The notes under the pieces: model-generated
What the model was told of the DNA's origin: nothing
Seen by the model: the letters and a program-made list of their open reading frames with translations, nothing else
Database searches by the model: none
Assembly (NCBI GenBank): GCA_030141605.1
Contig: JAQGDQ010000339.1
Coordinates: 192,087 to 256,086, forward strand
Origin: Tubiluchus corallicola
Taxonomy: Eukaryota; Animalia; Priapulida
Direction of reading: 5' to 3'
Length of the DNA stretch: 64,000 bases
Shown: one piece after another, positions 55,730 through 64,000 of the stretch
Layout of the letters: each line of letters opens with the position of its first letter
Numbering within the stretch: the first letter of the stretch is position 1
Translations under genes and position numbers: made by a program

Positions 55730-58700
55730 CCATCATCATTGCTAAAATCTTCAAGGACTGATAGGAATAATTTAGCCTCTCAACACGTGACTGCTGTCTT
55801 GCATTTCTGCTGAAACAAACATGAAACCCTTACCTGCTTGCAGGGCCGAGGAAATGCACCTGCACTTTTACAAAATGAAGCCAAACATTAATCAATGAAA
55901 TCCTAGTTTTTGTTTACAATGCTGCATAAAGTCAAAAGACCATAAGCTGATTTGCAACTTCACTGTGTAATCTGATTAAACTATCAAAAATCCGGGAAAC
56001 AAGATCAGATGACGTACTTCCGGATTTTCAAATAAGTTTATAAATACTCCATCATATTGGCTTAAAGGACAAGAAATAACTGTTCATAAACAAGCCGTGA
56101 AAAATTCCCCTTGAAATTTTGTATCACTAACTTGCTGTCTTGCTGTGCACAGAGCTTGCGTAAGCAGCAACGCTGTATAAAACTTGTAAATTTAAACTTC
56201 GGCGATGAGCGTTAGGTGCCCCCATTTTAATGGTACTTGGTTTGAAACAAGTTCAGATAACACTGAATAAAGTTTGAGAAAAGAATAAAATTTGGTCAAG
56301 AAGAAGAAAGAAATGGTCAGAACATTCGTAGTGCAAACTTCACTAACTAAGCAAAAGCATAAATTACTTTATCTTGTTAATAAGATCAATAATGTCTTTT
56401 TTTTGGTGAATCAGTGGTGCACACTGGGATGGTGATGCAGTGCTTTTTTACCAATTCAATTCAATTTATTGCTCAAATACATGTGTGCTTGCATAGCAAA
56501 ATCGTACATAAGTCGGTAATTAAGATTTTCTAGTTGTTCACGTATCCTGAATCTCCAATTTATGAGGCTTATTTTGATACCAAGTTTATCGCTCTATGTT
56601 ATTTCTAAGCTGAGATAATCCAGGTTGAAGTTGAGGTGCAGGTTAGACACCGAAAAACATAATCTTGAGAAAATCACTGTTAAAGTTAGCCATTTTTTGT
56701 CGCGTTTCTACAAAACGCTTAGCAATCGTACAAATGTTGCTTGCTACGGACCTCCCAAGAACACATTGAAGTTATGTTTAAATCCAGTAGATGCTTCCAT
56801 GAGCTGCTACGAGAGCAAGTAGATAGGACCTTTTTACAATTGCAGTACTAATTTCTAAACAGAAAAGTGGGTAAGGAGTTAAAAACGTAAATCTTTAGTG
56901 TTTTTTGAACAGTTTCTTGATAATTTGATACTAGAATATAAAAGTCCAATATATTTAGTGTTGATATTACAAAATACAAAAAATTGACATTTGACCAAAT
57001 TTTTGGGTCGTTTTACTTTGAAGCATCATTACGTAGTTTAACTATGCCGACTTGTGGATGGTTGTGGTATGAAAGCACACACATATAATGTACACTGGCA
57101 AAGCACAGTACTGTACATACATGTCATTAGCGCTACATATAAAATTAATTCATATACGCTTTGTGCAAACTACCAGGCGGTCCAGACATTTTAAATTATT
57201 ACGAATTTTCTTCTCCAATTACTCAAGTCTTTCAAACAGGTAAGCATTAACGCTACGGAAAAGTTTTTTGGGGCGTACCTTAAAATTCTCCTTTTTCTTC
57301 CCCTCTCTTAGCCTTTATTTCATAAAACACTGATTTCCTTTACAATAAACTATTACACACCAAGCAGCTCTTTTGGGGCTCGAGACTGTGGGGGCAGCAC
57401 ATGTCTGTTGGTAACAGAATGCCGGACAAGCTAAATCCGGGGCCGGACTTTGATTTCGTAGGCCCCTGGGCCACAGATACTGTGAGGCCCTGGCTCCCAG
57501 CGACAATTAATAAAAGCATGAATGTTGGATCTTTAAATCAGTTTATTCAACTTCTACAGCATAATGCCAAGATTAGGCCCACATAGATGAGCGCAAGTAT
57601 AACACTAGTATAACAAGTATAAGAAAAAGAGAAGAGATATTCTGATATTTACCAAATTAGAATAGGTTTTTTAAATATTAATTATAATATGTACAAATTA
57701 CTGGTATTTTAATAAAATATAGTTTTCATAGACTGTACATTTCAAACACGCTTTTGTAGATAGTACATCAGTTTAAACACACTTTTTATGAAGGTGTTTC
57801 AAGATGCATTAATCAAGACCTTTTGTAGATAGTACATCAGTTTAAACACACTTTTGATGAAGATATTTCAAGATGCATTGATCAAGACCTTTTGTAGATA
57901 GTACATCAGTTTAAACACACTTTTGATGAAGGTGTTTCAAGATGCAATAATCAACACCTTTTGTATAGTACAAATGTTTAAACACACGTTTGATGAAGGT
58001 GTTGCAAGATGCATTAATCAAGACCTTTTGTAGATAGTGCATATGTTTAAACACACTTTTGATGAAGATGCTTCAAGATGCATTAATCAAGACCTTTTGT
58101 AGATAGTACATCAGTTTAAACACACTTTTGATGAAGATGCTTCAAGATGCATTAATCAAGACCTTTTGTAGATAATACATCAGTTTAAACACACTTTTGA
58201 TGAAAAATTTGAAGAAAAATTAATCAAAATCTTTTACTTCACTGCAATACTGCTTCAAAGAGCAACTTTTGCTTTTTGTGTTACTCTCGACATCTACTCT
58301 CAGTTACCTCATCAGTTACAGGCCGCTTGCGCAACAGTCTCATGAAGTAGCTACGCAGAATCTTATACTTCCAGAAATAAACGAGAGGATTTGAAATTGA
58401 GTTGACACAAAGAAATACATTTCGAAGGAAACGCAAGGCATAATACTTGTGGGATGGAGCAACTCGCACCAAAATCTTAAAAAATGTATCAAAACACATG
58501 CATACTAATGTAGTTCCCACAATCACCACAATGATCTTAGCCGATTTCAGCTTTCTGACCATTACGTTATGCACTTCCCTTGCCTCTGCACCAGCGTCCG
58601 AAGTTAAAACTTTTCTCTGCATGCTCCAAGCGGCAATCATGATCCTGATGTAACAGAAGATGACCAGAATGACGTCAACAACGTACAAGCTAATGTAAAA

Positions 58701-60733
58701 CCAGATAAAGCCGTTACTTGGCATGAAATCATAGATACAGCTTGTTCCAAAGATCCAGTTTCTCCAAGCTTCTACTACAGCCACAGCTCCAATGCACAAA
58801 GCAAACAGCCAACCGCCCGTAATGATTTTTGTTGTTCTTTCTGGAGTAATCCAGGCAACGTACTGCAGAGGATACGCTATACATACATATCTGTCCAGAG
58901 TCACTGACGCCATCAAGATCCATGTAGCGGAAAGGAAAGTCCAAGCACCTCCAGAAACAAAGATCGCGCAGTACATCTTGTTTGGCGAAGCAACAGGGAT
59001 CAAGGTTATCAATCCACCCAGAACAGCTGCAAAAAAATCAGCTATGGCCAGGCTGAGAACGAACCGGAACTTGGAAACGCTCCTCAGCTGTGAATGACTT
59101 ATGATGGTGATGATGACCGAACCATTTAGAAGGAGAATAAGCAGGACGAAGATGACCGGAACAAGCCAAAGAAACACAGCTTTGAGTTTTGCTGGTTCTG
59201 GTAAAGGACTGACCACCGAATTGTTACTAGAAGAGTTTAAATTATTAAACATTGTAGTCACTTAAATTCTTGTGACTAGAAGAAGCCCAAGGTCTTTACT
59301 AAACGCTATCTTTTACATGACCTATGGATGTGCATCTGCTCAGGTGTTCATTGACGTATTTAGAACAAATCAAATTCGGCTGAATCATCTGTTCTACTGA
59401 ATCTTGAAACTGTTTGGCTTCTTTTTAATAGTATAATTAGTATTAGTAGATTCCATAAGTATAATTAGCCAAAAAAGGATGAGTACACAAACAATGCATT
59501 TTGCTGAATCCAGTAATGGAGTAGCCATTAAATTGTCAGCAGTTACAGAGACGCCTGAGTTTGGAAATGTGGAAGTTATTAAAGGCAGACGACCTATAGA
59601 GGTTCTCGTCTGCCATACACTGCCTTTTATACGGCATGCAGATTTATGTTTGTTTACGCAGAAGGGAGAAATCGCTGCTGGGTGCGCAATGGAGACAAGA
59701 ATCTTCTTAACTCTCACCTAGGGTGAAGTGAATCCTATTACCTGCTCAGTCTTCGTGATCCTTTTTGATTCTATAGAAGTTGTAAGCTTCGGTGAATGAG
59801 GTGTTGAGACTTGTAAAAAATGTTTCACATTTGAAGGATTCGGTAAAATACCCCTTGTGTGAAGTTTTGATCCAGTGTAGTTGTCTAATATGACAATGGC
59901 TTTGTGCTACACCATGAATTGAGAAATATAAAGCAAACTAAAGTTTTACCTGAATTAATGCAAATATTCAACTTTTTGTGAGAATCTAATGAAATGTTTG
60001 ATAATCGGTGCATAATCTGTGTAATTTTCACGTAACTGTGTTTAAGTGAATAATTGTTCAGGACTGATGACTTTTAATTTTCAGTTAGTTGTGCCCCCTC
60101 GGTTGGCTGTGTCTGGTCTCCTGTATGGGCTGTGCAGTGGTGAATGTGACTGAATGACATCGTGTGTGCATGATGTCATAAATAAAACGCTAAAAATATT
60201 TCTTTCTGAAAAACAAGAATTTTAACCTTTGTGCTTCTATGTACATAAAGTTATGCGTGTGACGTCACAGATGTCATCGTCCGTATTAAAATTATGCTAA
60301 AAAACGAAAGACCTGGAATTGAACCGTGAATCTTGGAAGCAGCCATATATTTCAATAAACACACCTGTATGCAGAGCCTGAATTTTCAAAAAATATATTT
60401 TGGCAAAAGACGCTAGTTAGTTTCTTCGTTTTAACATTCACTCATTTTTATGAATTACTTAGTTTCCCAAAGTGATTACCAAGTAAAGTTCACCATTTAC
60501 ACATCAGCTTTTATTACTGTGCAAAAACTATCATTGGCTACTAATGACTTACCCCAGAATGAAGCATTACAATGCATGTGCTCGGGTGTATACTTCAACA
60601 AACGATTTCTCATGTTATGGTCTTGCACGTAATACAACGGCAACGTTTGAAACCTTCGCCATCCAAGCGAAACTATCAATGGATCCCTGGTTTTCAAAAT
60701 CTTCTTGTGCCACCTGTGTTTTTTCACACGCAC
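50825..60733 (-). CDS. BMS1: BMS1 coding exons 15-19 (282 codons), opposite strand to exons 1-14; terminal exon not in window
   Basis: Exons 60733-60553 ([19 protein letters not shown]...KYTPEHMHC), 53995-53814 (PITPQTTGF...FRIAATG...KKLKLVG), 53461-53279 ([15 protein letters not shown]...RGQIKK...FRATFEDKI), 52343-52203 ([12 protein letters not shown]) and 50983-50825 (...[12 protein letters not shown]...VVREPEEQK|gtagg). All GT-AG and phase-consistent. Confidence 0.93.
52752..53197. mobile_element. Non-autonomous DNA element with 6-bp TSD
   Basis: tagggttccca ... tgggaaccctg; TSD tggaaa at 52746-52751 and 53198-53203; repeated subterminal tttccctgac motifs. Confidence 0.75.
54129..54425. 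mobile_element. Near-palindromic MITE (~300-bp hairpin)
   Basis: tttaacataaaaac...aatgattatatattatttcagaagctt...aacctgag is mirrored by ctcaggtt...aagcttctaaaataatatacaatcatt...gtttttatgttaaa. Confidence 0.75.
54517..54755. repeat. ~116-bp direct tandem duplication
   Basis: aatttttcatgttagatgcaaatacaataag...ggtaaacttgata occurs twice (54517 and ~54633). Confidence 0.9.
55685..55740. repeat. (CAT)n microsatellite; (CAG/CAA)n tract at ~55490-55535
   Basis: Directly visible. Confidence 0.9.
56062..57316. mobile_element. Family A element interrupted by a nested family B element (~56482-57083)
   Basis: Family A homology starts at ttaa|aggacaagaa, stops at ~56453 (ttttacca) and resumes at ~57170 (taccagg...cattttaaattatta). 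Confidence 0.6.
57751..58235. repeat. 69-bp minisatellite (~7 units) just 3' of the GPCR stop
   Basis: Unit cttttgtagatagtacatcagtttaaacacacttttgatgaaggtgtttcaagatgcattaatcaagac (period 57751->57820). Confidence 0.93.
58281..59252 (-). CDS. Intronless rhodopsin-like (class A) GPCR, 323 aa, nested in BMS1 intron 15
   Basis: ATG at 59252; N-terminal N-glycosylation sequons; seven hydrophobic segments; TM1 Asn (LLNG), TM2 LAIADF, TM3 Cys and [16 protein letters not shown]4 Trp, ECL2 Cys, TM5 CYIRI, TM7 NSISNPLVY. Confidence 0.92.
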   Translation of the reverse strand: MFNNLNSSSNNSVVSPLPEPAKLKAVFLWLVPVIFVLLILLLNGSVIITIISHSQLRSVSKFRFVLSLAIADFFAAVLGGLITLIPVASPNKMYCAIFVSGGAWTFLSATWILMASVTLDRYVCIAYPLQYVAWITPERTTKIITGGWLFALCIGAVAVVEAWRNWIFGTSCIYDFMPSNGFIWFYISLYVVDVILVIFCYIRIMIAAWSMQRKVLTSDAGAEAREVHNVMVRKLKSAKIIVVIVGTTLVCMCFDTFFKILVRVAPSHKYYALRFLRNVFLCVNSISNPLVYFWKYKILRSYFMRLLRKRPVTDEVTESRCRE

Positions 60734-61037
60734 CTGTCCAAAAAGTAAACTTAGTAAAGGTAAAAAACAACTGTTTCTGCTGTGCTACTCATCTGCAAAA
60801 CACGTTCATCGTTGTTTTCTTGTTTGTTCCAACTCTCTGGCTCAACATTACTCCACAGCAAGGTAGTTTTATTCTCCAAAACATCATCATTGCCAGTGAC
60901 CGATACAATTAGTTTTTTAAAAGTAGTTGTTGCAATTACAATTACTGTAAGAAAGTGGTGCAACTACAATGGGCTGGTACTGTGACGACTTCTGAGCATA
61001 GTTGATATAGTACACTGCAAAATTGTGGTTAAAAGAG

Positions 61038-63457
61038 CCAGTTAGTAGTGATAATTAAATTGTTACTAGCAGCTAAAGAAAGCCAAGTACCAGTTAGTAG
61101 TGATAATTAAATCGCTAGTAGCAGCCAAAGAGAGCCAAGTACCAGTTAGTAATGATAATTAAATTGTTGGTAGCAATTAAAGCCAAGTACCAGTTAGTAG
61201 TGATAATTAAATTATTGGTAGCAATTAAAGCCAAGTACCAGTTAGTAGTGATAATTAAATTGTTAGTAGCAGATAAAGAAAGCCAAGTACCAGTTAGTAG
61301 TGATAATTAAATTGTTGGTAGCAATTAAAGCCAAGTACCAGTTAGTAGTGATAATTAAATTGTTAGTAGCAGCTAAAGAAAGCCTAGTACCAGTTAGTAA
61401 TGATAATTAAATTGTTGGTAGCAGCTAAAGAAAGCCAAGTACCAGTTAGCAATGATAATTAAATTGCTAGTAGCAGCTAAAGTAAGCCAAGTACCAGTTA
61501 GTAGTGATAATTAAATTGTTAGTAGCAGCTAAAGAAAGCCATGTACCAGTTAGTAGTGATAATTAAATTGCTAGTAGCAGCTAAAGTAAGCCAAGTACCA
61601 GTTAGTAGTGATAATTAAATTGTTGGTAGCAATTAAAGCAAAGTACCAGTTAGTAGCGATAATTAAATTGCTAGTAGCAGCTAAAGTAAGCCAAGTACCA
61701 GTTAGTAGTGATAATTAAATTGTTGGTAGCAATTAAAGCCAAGTACCAGTTAGTAGTGATAATTAAATCGTTAGTAGCAGCTAAAGAAAGCCAAGTACCA
61801 GTTAGTAATGATAATTAAATTGTTAGTAGCAGCTAAAGAAAGCCAAGCACCAGTTAGTAGTGATAATTAAATTGTTGGTAGCAATTAAAGCCAAGTACCA
61901 GTTAGTAGCGATAATTAAATTGTTAGTAGCAGCTAAAGAAAGCCAAGCACCAGTTAGTAGTGATAATTAAATTGTTAGTAGCAGCTAAAGAAAGCCAAGT
62001 ACCAGTTAGTAATGATAATTAAATTGTTAGTAGCAGCTAAAGAAAGCCAAGTACCAGTTAGTAATGATAATTAAATTGTTAGTAGCAGCTAAAGAAAGCC
62101 AAGTACCAGTTAGTAATGATAATTAAATTGTTAGTAGCAGCTAAAGAAAGCCTAGTATCAGTTAGTAGCGATAATTAAATCGTGAGCAGCAGCTAAAAAA
62201 AGCCAAGTACCAGTTAGTAGTGATAATTAAATCGTTAGCAGCAGCTAAAGAAAGCCAAGTACCAGTTAGTAATGATAATTAAATTGTTAGTAGCAGCTAA
62301 AGAAAGCCAAGTACCAGTTAGTAGTGATAATTAAATCGTTAGCAGCAGCTAAAGAAAGCCTAGTACCAGTTAGTAATGATAATTAAATCGTTAGTAGCAG
62401 CTAAAGAAAGCCAAGTACCAGTTAGTAGTGATAATTAAATCGTTAGTAGCAGCTAAAGAAAGCCAAGTACCAGTTAGTATGATAATTAATTTATTAGTAG
62501 CAGCTAAAGAAAGCCAAGTACCAGTTAGTAGTGATAATTAAATCGTTAGTAGCAGCTAAAGAAAGCCAAGTACCAGTTAGTAGTGATAATTAAATCATTA
62601 GTAGCAGCTAAAGAAAGCCAAGTACCAGTTAGTAGTGATAATTAAATTGTTAGTAGCAGCTAAAGAAAGCCAAGTACCAGTTAGTAGTGATAATTAAATT
62701 GTTAGTAGCAGCTAAAGAAAGCCAAGTACCAGTTAGTAATGATAATTAAATCGTTAGTAGCAGCTAAAGAAAGCCAAGTACCAGTTAGTAGTGATAATTA
62801 AATCGTTAGCAGCAGCTAAAGAAAGCCAAGTACCAGTTAGTAATGATAATTAATTTATTAGTAGCAGCTAAAGAAAGCCAAGTACCAGTTAGTAGTGATA
62901 ATTAAATCGTTAGTAGCAGCTAAAGAAATCCAAGTACCAGTTAGTAGTGATAATTAAATCGTTAGTAGCAGCTAAAGAAAGCCAAGTACCAGTTAGTAAT
63001 GATAATTAAATTGTTAGTAGCAGCTAAAGAAAGAAAAGCACCAGTTAGTAGTGATAATTAAATTGTTAGTAGCAGCTAAAGAAAGCCAAGTACCAGTTAG
63101 TAATGACAATTAAATTGTTAGTAGCAGCTAAAGAAAGCCAAGTACCAGTTAGTAGTGATAATTAAATCGTTAGTAGCAGCTAAAGAAAGCCTAGTACCAG
63201 TTAGTAATGACAATTAAATCGTTAGTAGCAGCTAAAGAAAGCCAAGTACCAGTTAATAGTGATAATTAAATCATTAGTAGCAGCTAAAGAAAGCCAAGTA
63301 CCAGTTAGTAGTGATAATTAAATCATTAGTAGCAGCTAAAGAAAGCCAAGTACCAGTTAGTAGTGATAATTAAATTGTTAGTAGCAGCTAAAGAAAGCCA
63401 AGTACCAGTTAGTAGTGATAATTAAATTGTTAGTAGCAGCTAAAGAAAGCCAAGTAC
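61038..63457 (-). repeat. 52-bp satellite array (~47 units), inverted copy of 48778-50737
   Basis: Unit cagttagtagtgataattaaattgttagtagcagctaaagaaagccaagtac is the reverse complement of the left array unit. Confidence 0.97.
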
Positions 63458-64000
63458 AGACACAAATTGCATCAAATTGTATCACGGTTCTAATTAAATA
63501 CTTTATTCATGATTTTAATCAGACACTCACACGTTATGCATAGATCGTCAATAGGGGTCAGCATCGAACGTTCAAATTCGATTCGGACCTAAAACTATGG
63601 ATTCGAATAATTCAGCACTTCAATCACATTCGTTCTTTATCATTGACACAAATTATTAGTGGTTTACTGCAGAACAAAATCGAGTAATATGCATGATCTT
63701 TTGTAAGACTAATTTTTACTGGTGGTTCGAAAACTTGTTCGAGATTCTTTCAATCTCAGTTCGAATTCAATTAGAATTGGAAATATTGAAATTTGGTTCG
63801 ATTCGAATTCGAAACTCACAAATTCGATTTTATTCGAATTCGCTTTCTGGTAGAGAATGCTCTCACCCCTAATCGTCAATATAATACTAAATAGTAAAAT
63901 AGAACGAATGCTGTTCGAGGAATGTGCTTTTTCCTTTGAACGTAACAATAAGCCTCCAAAATTGAAATGGATAAAATCTACAGCTATAAGCATAACCTAA
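63458..64000 (-). repeat. Inverted duplicate of the unique part of BMS1 intron 14 (48252-48777), including the family C MITE and its TSDs; runs to the window edge
   Basis: Near-identical reverse complement; differs by an 18-bp indel (ctgtagattttatccatt) and a few substitutions. Confidence 0.95.

Noticed and set aside
59394-59721. ORFs upstream of the GPCR
   Set aside because: No recognisable homology or splice support; probably UTR or promoter sequence.
50825-60733. Minus-strand exons as a separate gene such as the paralogue TSR1
   Set aside because: Motifs ([37 protein letters not shown]) are BMS1-type and start exactly where the + strand exons stop.
48778-63457. 52-bp arrays (and the 24-, 46- and 69-bp arrays) as CRISPR arrays
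   Set aside because: Head-to-tail units with no unique spacers, no cas genes, and a eukaryotic intronic context.

Overview
AT-rich, intron- and repeat-rich animal (probably invertebrate) nuclear DNA. I rebuilt the gene models by hand from GT-AG splice sites and reading phase. The window holds: (1) the last two exons of an alpha/beta-hydrolase (+); (2) a DDX43-like DEAD-box helicase with three KH domains, almost all in one 2.37-kb exon (-); (3) an 8-exon RING-H2 E3 ligase with SIM-like and MIU motifs (-); (4) the ribosome-biogenesis GTPase BMS1; and (5) an intronless class A GPCR nested in a BMS1 intron. The main anomaly is BMS1. Exons 1-14 are on the + strand (32168-48173). The in-phase exons 15-19 are on the - strand (60733->50825), and the terminal exon is absent. 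The inverted block is bracketed by two non-identical inverted copies of intron 14 (48252-50737 and 61038-64000+), each with a 52-bp satellite. This fold-back could be a real inverted duplication or inversion, a trans-spliced or flippable locus, or a haplotype/chimeric assembly artefact; the sequence alone cannot decide. Introns carry many MITEs with visible TSDs, LINE remnants and unrelated minisatellites. No CRISPR array, intact transposase, rRNA gene or tRNA gene was seen.
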